A stretch of DNA of 63,583 bases, counting the filler, from Octopus bimaculoides (Eukaryota): the NCBI RefSeq assembly GCF_001194135.2. It is 3 parts of 3 records of this genome, joined end to end, with 100 filler letters (N's around TTAATTAATTAA, not from the genome) between each part and the next. Parts side by side here need not be neighbours in the genome. Positions count along the whole stretch, not along the records: positions 1 to 30,327 come from NC_068990.1; positions 30,428 to 57,512 come from NC_068992.1; 1 more part is not named here. One strand, given 5' to 3'. This document shows, in pieces, positions 24,899-37,534 of this stretch (position 1 is the first letter of the stretch; every line of letters begins with the position of its first letter). The notes under the pieces were generated by a model. That model saw nothing but the letters and a program-made list of their open reading frames with translations, made no database searches and had not been told where the DNA came from. The position numbers were made by a program, and so were the translations under genes.

Positions 24899-26748
24899 CT
24901 ATACTATAAAAGGCAGATTTTCTCTGTGTGTGTGTATGTTTGAAATTCATACATTTACACAATTCCAAATTTCTTGGATTAAAGAATCCCAATTAATATT
25001 CTAAATACAATTTGTTAGGTCACTGCATCATTTTTTCACTCAAAGAAATTCCTAATAACGAATAAAATCTATAAAACTACACGAGTAAACATTTTCTCCC
25101 TAATAAAATCTAATTTCCTCATTCTAATACAAATCCTTTCAACTCCTACTTTCTCTTATGAACCTTTACGAACAATCCAACAACAAATACAAAAAGAAAG
25201 GAAGGAGAAACACTGGCAGTAAAAGAAAACTATTTCAGTATCAAAACTGAAACAATCACNNNNNNNNNNNNNNNNNNNNNNNNNNNNNNNNNNNNNNACA
25301 TAAAAAAATAGTCACACATCTTTTTCAAATACGATCGACAAACATTTATTCCCTACAAACTGTGAGTTTTTTGGAAAATATTTTCGTAAATCTGCGGGTG
25401 TTAATCTGAAAATTTAACAATCTTTTTTGAAACACTTTTACTTACTAACATTTTTTTATTTAGTGTGTGTGTGTGTGTGTTGCCCATAGATATATACACT
25501 TAAGACTTAGTTGTGGGTTGGGACTTTCATCGGCAGAGGTCATTATTATTACGACCATATATATATACACACAGAATGCACATTAATACACACATACATA
25601 CAAATACCTATTATTCTTTTTTATTAAGTGTGTGTGTGTGTGTTGCCCATCTTAATATATAATGCTGAAGTTCTGTATCTGTGTGAAGCCTTTTTAAAAG
25701 TTTATAGAAATCCACATTTTCCACTTTTTCGTCCTAACCCTAACACTGTAGTGAAAATCGTGCTGGTGTTAATCTGAAAATTTAACAATCTTTTTTAAAA
25801 CACTTTTACTTNNNNNNNNNNNNNNNNNNNNNNNNNNNNNNNNNNNNNNNNNNNNNNNNNNNNNNNNNNNNNNNNNNNNNNNNNNNNNNNNNNNNNNNNN
25901 NNNNNNNNNNNNNNNNNNNNNNNNNNNNNNNNNNNNNNNNNNNNNNNNNNNNNNNNNNNNNNNNNNNNNNNNNNNNNNNNNNNNNNNNNNNNNNNNNNNN
26001 NNNNNNNNNNNNNNATTATTATTATTATTATTATCATTATTATTTAAAATTTTTCCCACAAGGGCGGCTTCGGGAAGGTGGAGAATAGTCGATTATATCG
26101 ACCCCTATGTCCAGGGTTACGGTTTTTGGGTTAGGGTTAGGGTTACGATGAGGGTTAGTGTTATGGTTACGGTTTTAGGGTCAGGGTTAGGGTTTAAGGA
26201 TTACGGTTACGTAATCGTGCGGGTGTTAGTCTGAAAAATTATCGAAATGTGAAAACTACCGACCCTGCCATCTGTTATAACTTTTGTTGTTCTGTTTAAT
26301 ATGTACATAGATTACGCCTCCAAACAAGACAACTTGCTGGGGAAAGAAAGCAACCGGTTTAAAAAGACAACATCTTTTGCCCAATCTGATACAATTCTGG
26401 CAGAACTGTGTAGCAACAGATCGCTAGCAATTGCTTCATCAGAAATTGCTGTCCTACTTCCTGCAAAAAGGAATTACCCTGCTATGTATAATCAAGGCAG
26501 TGCAAAAAGTTGTTTTGCACAAGCATTTCTATAGCCAATTAGACGGATGACATTTACGTACGCTTAATAATGTTACGCAAAACAACCTTCAGACCTTCCC
26601 TATTAATTTCATCGTCTTTTGAATTATGAACATTCATAAGGGTTTTTTCGTTGTATGGCTTTCTTTTTTAGTTGATTTTCAGCTAGCAAGACTTATTGGA
26701 GATGGCGTAATCAGTCACACCCGGACAACGTCGGGTTATACTGCTAGT
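24899..26748 (+). mobile_element. Helitron-type non-autonomous element(s) with PIF1 helicase relic and TTAGGG-like tract
   Basis: 5' TCTATACTATAAAA (24899) and ATCTTAATATATAAT (25649) starts. ILAELCSNRSLAIASSEIAVLL resembles the Helitron helicase; the 3' hairpin CCCGGACAACGTCGGG is followed by CTAGT at about 26744-26748. Confidence 0.7.
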
Positions 26749-26759
26749 ACTAAATAAAA

Positions 26760-28600
26760 TTAAGGAAGGATACCTACTGAGAAAGAATATGTTAAAGGTG
26801 AATCATCTCTTTAAGCTTTATAACAAAAACAAGAACCAATTAGGTTCCTTAATGAAAACCGTAAGAATATTCAGTAACAACATTGGGATGACTTTCAGAA
26901 TTGAAAAATATATTTTTGATGGAGATGAAATGAGGGAAAACTCATAAAAAGTATTGGAAAAGATTTACTAAAGAGGAGAATCTTTAGTCAGTAGAAATAT
27001 ATAGATATCTGGTAGTATTAGAAAGCAACTAAATGAAAAGTATAGAAATCTAGGAAACCCTCAGTAAACAATATTTTTACAGTATCAAGAAGATTCTAAA
27101 TTCAAATTTGAACATAGGGAAATACATAAATCCCATAAATAATGCAGTTTTTTCAGTTACATAAATTAAAAGTCAGAGGGGGACAGGATAAACTACCTGC
27201 ATCAACTTGCTATAAAAGCAGGTAGTAATTTTACGGTGTCCTTATTTTTAGTGCAAATTTTGAAGAGTGCAGTTCAATTTTAATAGTTATTTTTCAAAGC
27301 TATAATGGAAGTGACAACGTAACATAGTGGGCATATTTTGCTTTATGAGTTCAATAAAGGCAGCAACATAATGGAAGTGTGAGAAATTTTAATGCAGTAT
27401 ATGGGGATCAGACAATAAGTGCAAGTCAGTGTCAATGTTGGTTCCAGAAATTCCGAGCTAGAAACTACAGCCTAGAAGACGAACCTCATCCTTGAAGATC
27501 TGTAGAGCTTGATGAGGAAGTCCTACAAACCCTGGTGGAACAAAATTCCATTGTAACTGTTGAGGAACTAGCAGAGAAGCTTGGATTTGGTCATTCAACA
27601 ATTCATCGACACCTGCGTGCCATTGCAAAAGTCAGCAAAATGGGTCAATGGGTTTCTCACAAACTTTCTGTGTCTAATTGAGTGCAGAGAGTGAATGTGT
27701 GCTCTTCTTTGCTGCCACGCCTAACGGATGAACCTTTTTTGGACCAAATAGTGACTGGTGATAAGAAATGAGTTCTCTATAAAAATGTCAAGTGTCGAAG
27801 ACAGTGGGTAGGGAAAAGAGAAACACCGGCACCCCAGGCTAAAGAAGGTCTTCACCCACGTAAGGTATTGTTATCTGTTTGGTGGGATATGAAAGGTTTA
27901 GTCCACTTTGAACTTTTAAACGCAAACCAAATGATAGCAAAGGAGATCTACTGTGAGTAGATTGAGTGGCTTAAGTCAGTATTAGAAGAATAATGTCTTT
28001 GGTTTCAAGACAAAAGGATAATATTTGGCTACATACAGCAAGGATGACATTCCAAAGGCTAGAACAGTTTGAATGGGAAACGATGCCCCACACACCATAT
28101 TCACCAGACATTGCCCCATGCGATTATCATTTATTCCTTAGTCTTCAAAATCATTTGAATGGAAAAAATATGAATTCTGTAGACGAGGTAGAAACAGTAC
28201 TGGAGGAGTATTTTTCATCATGGACAATTGAAATGTTGGAAGAGGGGCCTTGCAAGTCTACCAGATAGATGGAAAAGCATTGCAGAAAATGAAGGAGAAT
28301 ATATTTTAGATGAAAAAAGAACTTTGCTTATCTTAATTTTGAAAAATAAAAGAAGTATAAAAAATACCGCATTATTTGTGGGATGACCCATTACCAGCAA
28401 TCAACCTGAGGGCAGTATCCTTAATAAGGTATGGAGCCAGAATTATTGAATGGGAAAAGGATGATTGGAAGAAAATTGACAGAAAAATGAGAAAGTAGCT
28501 CACAATGTATCTTCAATTTAATCTGGATTGGTTATACTGGAAAAGAACAGAAGAATGAAGAGAGTTAATGAGTGTCAAAGAGGTAATGGAACTAGAAAAG
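26760..28600 (+). mobile_element. R4/Dong-like LINE RT remnant interrupted by a mariner
   Basis: NHL..KLY..NKNQLGSLMKTVRIFSNNIGMTF precedes the mariner and (I)PAINLRAVSLIRYGARIIEW follows it. A further RT fragment RKAYDLVLHLWI lies at about 24660-24790. Confidence 0.7.
27129..28391 (+). mobile_element. mariner (Mos1/Hsmar-like) transposon, near full length, with stops
   Basis: Motifs HILLYEFNKG, GQWVSHKL, IVTGDKK and TPYSPDIAPCDYHLFLSLQNHL. TIRs TCCCATAAATAATGC / GCATTATTTGTGGGATGACCCA, with TA at both junctions. Confidence 0.93.
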
Positions 28601-28939
28601 AGAAGTCTAGAAATATAAATTTTAAAAAAATTAAGGATATTTACAGATTGTATAGAATTCCAAAAAGTGGAAAACAGAAAATGTAGAAAAGAGGAAATGA
28701 AATGAAAGAAGTTCACTCAGCATTTTTTCAAAAACAAGAGAAATAATAGACAACAAGGACAGCTGGGTATAACTAAACTTTTTGGGAGGGTTTAAGTTGA
28801 TTATATTGATCTCAGTGCTCAACTGGTACTTATTTTATTGACCCCAAAAGGATGGAAGACAAAGCTGATCTCAGTAGAATTTAAACTCAGAATGTAAAAC
28901 AGTTCTATACAAAATATATGCAGCTCATATGACATCAGG

Positions 28940-29464
28940 ACAGTATTCAAGAGTAATACAACACTTCGCAAATATCTCCTGCGAGTAAAACCACCAATAG
29001 AAGAGAATATGACCAAAAACTGCATGTACTCCATCCCATGCAGCTGTTTGGTAGGTTATACAAAGGCAAAACATGCTACCTCCTCAAAATAAGGGTAGAG
29101 GAACATCGCAAAGCTGTGACACGAGGAGATATTGATAAATTGGGTATAACTGATCATGGATGGAAAAATGGAGACCACCTCCCCCTGTGGGATGAAGTTA
29201 AAATAATAGACAGAGAACACCACTGGAAAATACGGAAACTAAAAGAAGCAGCATATATGCTAGGACACAACAACCTCCTAAGCAGACCGAGTGCAGATAT
29301 GAATAGCATATGGGAACTGGTACTAAGGAAGGATAGAAAATATTAGATTTATAAGCCCTAAGATTCACTCCATAATAGCCAACGGGCATATGGCGTAGTG
29401 GTTAAGAGCTCGGCTACTAACCCCAAGATTCCAAGTTTGATTCCAGGCAGTAACCTGAATAATA

Positions 29465-29507
<43 letters not shown>

Positions 29508-29620
29508 TAAATCTAAAAATACCTTCAGAATGAGAATCCAGGTTCGAAATTTCCCCAAGACACCTGATAAAAACTGGAGGGTATATAAGCCGAAATGTGT
29601 TAACAACAAACAAGATGAGG
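28940..29620 (+). mobile_element. Penelope-like element 3' end (GIY-YIG C-terminus and pLTR)
   Basis: Reads KNCMYSIPCSC.GRLYKGKT..LKIRVEEHRKAV..EVKIIDREHHWKIRKLKEA. The downstream region has a tRNA-like head, (AAT)n and a decayed hammerhead motif. Confidence 0.85.
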
Positions 29621-29899
29621 ACAAACATCCGTCAAATGTAAATGATGTAAATAATGCTCAGAATGTAAAGATGGACAAAATACTGCTAAGCATTTTGTCC
29701 AGCATCTTAATGATAGGTCTGAACTGGTGGGAACATAAGCCTTTCAAGATAGTAGACCCCACTACTTGCTGGTACTTTATTTTGTCAACCCTCAAATGGA
29801 TGAAAGTTTACCTTGGCAGGATTTGAACTCAGATTGTAAAGTGTCAGAAATACCACTAAACATTTTGTCTGATGTTCAAATGATTCTGCCAGCTCAATG

Positions 29900-29930
29900 C
29901 CTTAATAATAATAATAATAATAACAACAAC

Positions 29931-30019
<89 letters not shown>

Positions 30020-30090
30020 CGACGACGACGACGACGACGGCGACGGCGGCGGCTCCATCGCACTACCCAATTCTGCTAGCTCACCACGTT

Positions 30091-30149
<59 letters not shown>

Positions 30150-30160
30150 TAATAATAATA
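29900..30160. repeat. Graded compound microsatellite (AAT)n-(GAT)n-(GAC)n-(GGC)n, then a SINE head and (AAT)n
   Basis: Directly visible. Confidence 0.95.
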
Positions 30161-30164
30161 AGGA

Positions 30165-30327
30165 CTATTACATACTGTGAAAGGATTCAGTGATGATATC
30201 GGGATGGAGTTTGGCCTTGAAAAGTGTGCCAAAGCCACTTTTAAGAAAGGGAAACTGGTAAAGTCAAGTTCAATAGAATTAGATGTCGAAACAGTAATTA
30301 AAGAACTTGAGCAGAAACAAACCTATA
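30165..30327 (+). mobile_element. R4/Dong-like LINE RT fragment
   Basis: Reads KGFSDDIGMEFGLEKCAKATFKKGKL, directly after an (AAT)n tract. Confidence 0.8.
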
Positions 30328-30371
30328 NNNNNNNNNNNNNNNNNNNNNNNNNNNNNNNNNNNNNNNNNNNN

Positions 30372-30383
30372 TTAATTAATTAA
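30372..30383. other. Artificial scaffold-join linker TTAATTAATTAA inside an N-gap
   Basis: Palindromic 12-mer with stops in all six frames, embedded in N runs; an identical linker is at 57557. Confidence 0.85.
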
Positions 30384-30427
30384 NNNNNNNNNNNNNNNNN
30401 NNNNNNNNNNNNNNNNNNNNNNNNNNN

Positions 30428-30475
<48 letters not shown>

Positions 30476-30519
30476 CAAATAATATAATATATTATATAAT
30501 AATAATACAAACTGACAAT

Positions 30520-30925
30520 AGGTGGTATAAACATGTGCCAAACCAGGTACACAACAACGACTAGACCACAATCATCTGGAATATCCCGGGTGAAACCGAC
30601 AAATAAAAAAAGCTAATCACCCAGACATAATAATCAAGGACTGGGGAAAAAACATTTGCTTACTGGTAGGCATTGTAGTTCCTACTGATTAAAATATTGT
30701 CCAAAAAAAAAAAAGTGGAGAGATTTTCAAAGTAGAAAGACCCCGTAATTGAAGTATTCAAGATTTGTAATAACAATACCAATAATAATTGGAGCATTGG
30801 GCATGCCAAAAAAAAAAAAGAAGAGAAACATGAACAAAATACGTAAAAGCTATACCTGGATCCTCAACACTACACACTATCCCAAAATAGCCCTACTAGA
30901 AACAACCCACATCGTACGCAAGACT
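30520..30925 (+). mobile_element. R4/Dong-like LINE 3' restriction-like endonuclease fragment
   Basis: Decayed HPDIIIKD, IPIIIGALG and YPKIALLETTHIVRK motifs. Confidence 0.7.
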
Positions 30926-31519
30926 GACGATTCAATAATACAACTTAAACAAATCAACCCACTTTTCCGCTTCATTCACAATTAATGAGTAACTAATGAA
31001 AAGAGTTATAAGTTTTTCGTCATCGTCATCGTAGTAGTAATGCCATGCAAAAGACTTTTGGAAATTGTGCATGATCTTCGACCCGAAGGTCCTCTGGAAG
31101 AGACTACTCAGACTGTTGATACCTAGATTCAATCTTAGGCCATCATCATTCATACCCTCAACTAGTCATCTACAGAAATATTGGGCTGTTTTCCGCTAAT
31201 GGCTTATTTCGACTGTCCACCTGTGACTGTGATTAAATTTATTAGGAACACTACGCGATGAATATCTAATACCAAACAATCTTAATCTCTATATCTAAGC
31301 TGCATTAAACTTTGGCAAGCTTACTTTTACCTATTCCGAATTACTTGAAAGGTGATGTTCCCTTCCCTCTCTTCTATTTGCTAATACGTTGGTTTACCTA
31401 CCAACGCGCTGTTTCACTTTAAGGATGCTTATTTACTCATCCATTATGATATTTCAACTGTTGTCCATTGTTTCAAATACGTTTTAGAATTGTCGTTCTA
31501 GCCTTTTTTAAACACTTAC

Positions 31520-31568
31520 ATATGATTCGTCCCAAAGAATCAACCTTTAAATAAGAGTTTTGCTTCCA
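31520..31568 (-). CDS. Candidate exon, same gene, YWTD-like (phase 0 to 1)
   Basis: Acceptor agctttcgctag and donor ATAT|gtaagt. Reads WKQNSYLKVDSLGRII(Y?), resembling LAVDxxGRxLYW. Confidence 0.5.
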
Positions 31569-31906
31569 CTAGCGAAAGCTATACATATCTTTCAGAAAGC
31601 TCCATACCAATTTAACTTTATGCAGCATTTGCTGTTCGTTTATGCACAGGCTATGTGGGAAGATAGAATAAAGGGGCTTTTGTTGGCTTATCTCTCTGAA
31701 AAAAATAGCTCCCTTTGCTGTTGAAGAAAATAAACTCACAGAGAGGAAGTTTCAACGTTTTCCTTCAATTTCATTACACCATTTATGTGACTGTTTGTGA
31801 CAAGAAATTTCGCTTTCATGTGAAACAACTATATTTTGTAGTCATTATCTGTAATCTACTCCCAAAACATTCCAGCAGCTCTACTTTGCATCGCTTGCAA
31901 ACTTAC

Positions 31907-31972
31907 ATGTTCTATGATCATTAAAGTGCAACGACCTCCACAATAACCGGCCTTCAATTTGATTTTCCGTTC
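31907..31972 (-). CDS. Candidate exon, same gene (66 nt)
   Basis: Acceptor tgtttccggttcatctag and donor CAT|gtaagt. Phase 0 reading is ERKIKLKAGYCGGRCTLMIIEH; a phase-1 frame is also open. Confidence 0.5.
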
Positions 31973-32679
31973 CTAGATGAACCGGAAACAGATTGCCGTG
32001 CTACTCATAAACTTTCTCGGTAGTTGAATTATTTGGTTGGAAAAAATACCACCAAAGCAACTTAAACCGTCCAAAGGACGGGTGCGTTTGCTATTATGTA
32101 CATATAAATATTTATATGTATATTAGAGGACAAAATAGATTAGAGGACTTAATCTATTCCTGCAATATGAACGCAACATTCGAAATACTGTATATTTATG
32201 TATAGAAATATGAACGAATGAGTATACATGTGTAAATGTGTATTCAAATATGCTTTTATATTAGTATTTGTGTGCGTGTATATGTGTTTGTTTGGGTGGG
32301 TGGTTGTGTGCGTGTGTGTGTGTGTGTGTACCTTTGAGAGTGGGTGTATGTATTATCCACCGATGTGTGTCGATGAAGCGTGTAAGCATCAAGAGAAGTT
32401 ATGCTACACTTTTGAAGTGGTTCAGAAGAATTAAGTCGTTTGCACCGAATTAGAAGCGATCCTGTGTCATTCATTCTTGACGTGTAAAGGACTGTGGACT
32501 AATGATTAGCTGGGAACCAGTAACCAAGCATCCTACTGGCCCAGATCACTAACCCCTTTCTCCAGTAACTTGGGGTAGGGTTTAGTCGTTACACACAAAC
32601 ACATACACTCACACGTGCGCGCGCACGCACACACACACACGCACGCACGCACGCACGCACGGACACATATTTTATTAAA

Positions 32680-32841
32680 GGAGTGGGTGTGTGGTAAGAA
32701 GCTTACTTCCCAACCACATGGATTCGGGTTCAGTCCCATTGCGTGAGACCTTGGGCAAGTGTCTTCTACTATAACCTCGGGCCGACCAAAGCCTTGTGAG
32801 TGGATTTTGTAAACGGAAACTGAAATAAGCCTGCCGTATAC

Positions 32842-32877
<36 letters not shown>

Positions 32878-32913
32878 NNNNNNNNNNGAAACTGAAATAA
32901 GCCTGCCGTATAC

Positions 32914-32971
<58 letters not shown>

Positions 32972-33135
32972 ACTTGTGTGTCTGTGTTTGTCCCCCAACA
33001 TCGCTTGACAACCGATGTTGGCGTTTACATCCCCGTAACTTGTCGGTTCGACAAAAGAAATCAATAGAATAAGTACTAGACCTACAAAAAATAAGTCCTG
33101 GGGTCGAGTTGTTGGACTAAAGGCAGTGCTCCAAT
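32680..33135 (+). mobile_element. tRNA-derived CORE-type SINE (OR2-like) with internal microsatellite
   Basis: Head GGAGTGGGTGTGTGGTAAG..GGGTTCAGTCCC, core CCTTGGGCAAGTGTCTTCTA, internal (TA/TG)n and 3' GGGGTCGA..GGCAGTGCTCC. Confidence 0.85.
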
Positions 33136-33236
33136 TAAAAGAGTAAAATAGTATAGCTATATATCTCTCTATTTCTTTCTCTTTATATATATATATATAT
33201 ATACATATGTGTGTCTGTGTCTGTGTTTGTGTGTCT

Positions 33237-33306
<70 letters not shown>

Positions 33307-33939
33307 ATGGGGGGAGGGGAGTAAACATACGTCCGCAGCCCGCATTTTTATTTAAATAAATACTGCAGTTTATATGACATCTAAAAGAAATTCTTTGACG
33401 TGTATGTCATGCCCCAGCATGGCCGTACTCCAGTTACTGAAACTCGTAAAAGAATATAAGTGGAAGAAAAAAATACATACTCATTTCTTTCCCTCCCCTT
33501 CTCTCCCCCCCCTCTCTCTTTCTTCGTCTTTTGTTGTTTTTTTTGTTTTTGTTCTTAAGTTCCATCAGATCTAAACACAGCTGCTTTTCAGTGATTCTGT
33601 CCAGGCGTCAAATGATTGATTAATCTTACAAGGAAGATTGAACAATGAGATATGTTTTTATTAATTTACTGCTGGCTACACCACCACCGCCAACAACAAC
33701 AACAACAACAACAACAATAACAACATCAACATCACCTTCGTCCTCAATGTTAGCAGCAGCAGCATCATTTTCATTCGTAACTACATCGTTCCCATTTAAA
33801 AATTCTTTTTATACTTTTATATATCCTTTTATATATCAGTCCGGTGTATATTTTTACCATTCATTCGACCATAAAATTACAACTGTAACGACGAAGACGA
33901 TGATGATGATGATGATGTTTGCAACAATAATAATAATCA

Positions 33940-35135
33940 TTTCTGCTGTTGGCACAAGGCCTGATATTCTTGGGGAAGGGACCAGTCAATTGCATCGACC
34001 CCAGTGTTTCACTGGTACTTTATTTATCGACCCTGAAAGGATGAGAGGCAAAGTCGACCTCGGCGGAATTTGAACTCAGAACATAGCGACGGGCGAAATA
34101 CCGCTACGCATTCCGATTCTACCGGCTCGCCGACTTTAATAGTGATAATTATAATCCTTTCGAATTTCGGCCCAGGGTCAGTGATTACATAGGCCTCAGT
34201 ACTGGATGGAAACTATATTTTATCGGCCCCGAATGGAAGAAGAGCAAAGTTGACATCAGCGGGATTTGAACCCAGTACGTAATGTGACACGACTAAATAT
34301 ATTAAGGTAATCTTTTTCCGATTCCCTAACGATTCTACCAAATAACAAATCCTTTGTACTATAGGCACAAGGGCTGAAATTTGGTGGGAGGGAGCTTGCC
34401 GATTACATCGACCCCAGTACTCAACTGGTACTTATTTAATCCACCTAATAATCATTTCAAACTTTACCACAAGGTCAGCAATATACGGAAAGGGGATAAG
34501 TCCATTATCTCGACCCCAGTGCTCAACTGGTACTTATCGACCTCCGTAAAGGTGAAAGCCAAAGTCGACCTCTGCGGCATTTGAACTCAGAACGTCAAAA
34601 CGAACGAAATACCACCAAGCACTTAGTGCAGCATGCCAAGGATATTGCCAACTCGTTGCCTTATTCTGCCTAATAATGCTTTCTAATATTAATCCTTTCT
34701 ACTATTTACCTTTAGAGCACCGAAGGCTGGATATAGTAACCTTTAGGAGGGACAAACAAGAGCGCCTAATAATCGACGTGGCAGTACCAGGAGATTAATA
34801 TATCATCATGAAAGAAAGAGAAAAGGTTGATGAATATGGAGACCTGAGAAATGAGATCGCTAAGATGTGGCAAACATAGAGATCATCCCTATTGTCATCG
34901 GAGTACTGGGTTCAATACCACCCAATCTGACAAAACATCTGGAAACCTTAGAGATACCCTACAATCTAGATGTCTAAAAAAAAGTTGGCTTTCCTTGGAA
35001 TTGCACACATATTGTGTAAAGTACTGTCTGTCTGAGGTTCTTGCTGTGACTTGACAAACAGTACAAACCCCCGTTAGACACAATATCTCCAATCAACAAC
35101 CTCACGATATTGTATACTGTATACTGTGCGAAGTC

Positions 35136-35196
<61 letters not shown>

Positions 35197-35600
35197 TCTA
35201 CTATAGGTTCAAGTCCAGAAAAAGTTGGCACAGGGGACGAGTCGATTACATCAACTCCAATGCTTAACCGGTACTTATTTTATCGACCCCGAAAGGATGA
35301 AAGGCAAAGCTGAACTCAGAACGTAAAGACGGATAAAATGCCGTTTAGCATTTTGTCCGACATGTTAACTATTGTGCCGGGATAATAATTCTTTCTACTA
35401 TAAGCACAAGGTCTGATATTTTGTGAGAACGAAATATTTGATTACATCGAACCCCCACCCCTACCCCAGTACTAAATTATTACTCGTTTCATCGACCCCA
35501 AAAGGTGAAAAGCCAATAAGCATCGGCGGAATTTGAACTTAGAACGTAAAGATGGGTGATATGCCGCTAGGCATTTTGTCCGGCGTTGTCCGTTATTATT
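33940..35600 (-). mobile_element. Cluster of about 5 tRNA-derived SINE copies separated by (AAT)n, with an R4/Dong REL fragment at 34741-35080
   Basis: Recurring ATCGACCCCGAAAGGATGAAAGGCAAAGTCGACCTCGGCGGAATTTGAACTCAGAAC (B-box reverse complement). The REL fragment reads LIIDVAVPGD..KEREKVDEYGDLRNEIAKMW..IPIVIGVLG. Confidence 0.85.
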
Positions 35601-36315
35601 AACACTCACCGTTTTAATAATAATAACAACAACAATAATGGAATTTTTCCACAAAAGCAAAATAAAAGGAACGTTACAAAGACAAAAATACAAATATAAA
35701 AACGCCACATCGTGAGAGAATTCAGGGAAATAAAATATATCTACCTGTACCATTAAAATACTTAAAACATAACAATAACCTTAAAAGGTGCCTGACTAGA
35801 TACGACATATCGGGGCATCGTGAAAACACCGATTGATCTGAAGATAAAGGCGAGTGCTTTCTCCTTAATGCCATTCACTAAAAAAAAATACCGCGAGTTT
35901 TGAGCCAACCAGTCACAATGAATTCGCCTCTCTTATTCCCCTTTCATAAAAATTTACCCAAGGTCAGGCGTTTCTTTCTCTCACACTCACCTTTTTTTCT
36001 TCAAGTGGTACTGGAAGAAGACAATAACGGCTTCGTTTGTAAAGAGGGGAAAATAAACAAGCTAACCTCAAACAATTCAACCTCGTTCATCACACTAACA
36101 CTTTTGTTGTAGCCACCAGGTACAAAAACGCTGTATACGATCTTCCTTGTTAAGAGAAAGCAACAGAATGATCTTTACGATTAAGCCCGGTGGACAATTT
36201 AATCTTTCCCACACGGCACATCAATTGTTCGACGTAATCCTACAGACAGATGAGTGGAGAAACACTTGAACGCTCGTCTGACAGTTTTATTTGCCCTACC
36301 GCATCTTTGACATAC

Positions 36316-36430
36316 CCTGTTGTTTGTAATATCCGTGCTTGTATAGGCTTTCACACATTGGTAACTATCCATACTCTTCAAACTGGAAGACTCTAGCGGT
36401 CTATCAGTGTTCATACTCTCATCTAGGTCT
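36316..36430 (-). CDS. Candidate exon, same gene (phase 2 to 0)
   Basis: Acceptor ctttcattttgtag and donor AGG|gtatgt. Only one frame is open: DLDESMNTDRPLESSSLKSMDSYQCVKAYTSTDITNNR. Confidence 0.6.
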
Positions 36431-36819
36431 CTACAAAATGAAAGCATGTTGTACAAACTACAAATATGTCTACGCTTGGAGAATTGTCGGCAGAGGCCAA
36501 GTAGATATCACGTTTTATCGACTACTCATAATGCATCTCCGTGAAGGATACGAGCTGAAAGAAAGCCGTTTTAACAAAAGAATACCAAACGTTTCTCTGT
36601 AGATGGAGTAACTTCATAAAACAATATTGTATCAACAAAGCGGGCATGAGTCTATGCAAACTTGCAATATAGAGTTGATGGTTGTGACTCAAGAAGCTAA
36701 ACCAGTGTTATGGAATATCAATGGAAAAGAGATGGTACGAATACACATAAATTTCCCCAGATAAAGGAAATGTAGAGAATGCACATACTGACAAGAAAAT
36801 TAAATATATTTTCCTTGAT

Positions 36820-37184
36820 ATTATGGTCATATCCATGCATACATACACACACACATTCACACACACAGACATGCACACATACATACGTACATAAATGCAT
36901 ACATACATACATACATACATGCATACACACACATAGAGACATACATTCATACATATGTATATGTATGCAAACACACACACACATATACATACATACATAC
37001 ATACATGCATACACACACATAGAGACATACATTCATACATATGTATATGTATGCAAACACACACACACATATACATATATACATACATACATGCATACAC
37101 ACACATAGAGACATACATTCATACATATGTATATGTATGCAAACACACCCACACATATACATATATACATACATACATATATAT
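36820..37184. repeat. Minisatellite of about 70-80 nt units built from CA/TACA microsatellites
   Basis: At least 3 copies of catgcatacacacacatagagacatacattcatacatatgtatatgtatgcaaacac. Confidence 0.85.
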
Positions 37185-37502
37185 NNNNNNNNNNNNNNNN
37201 NNNNNNNNNNNNNNNNNNNNNNNNNNNNNNNNNNNNNNNNNNNNNNNNNNNNNNNNNNNATGCATTTTGCCCGACATGCTAAAGATTTTACCAATAATAA
37301 TCCTTTCTACTACAGACACAAGTCCTGAAATTTCGAGGAAGGGGACTAGTCGATTACATCGATTCCAATGTTTCGCTGGTATCTAAGTTATTAACCCCGG
37401 AAGGATGAAAAGCCAAGTCGACCACGGCGGAATTTGAACTCAGAACGTAATGACGGACGGAATGACGCTAAGCAATTCATCTGGCGTGCTAACGATTTTG
37501 CC

Positions 37503-37534
<32 letters not shown>

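Noticed and set aside
26110-26205. True telomere or chromosome fusion site
   Set aside because: The array is short and degenerate and is embedded in a Helitron-like element.
29385-29455. tRNA-like sequences here and at 44803, 46260-46330, 49744 and 53685
   Set aside because: They have A and B boxes but no complete cloverleaf, and they continue into repeat bodies, so they are SINE heads rather than tRNA genes.
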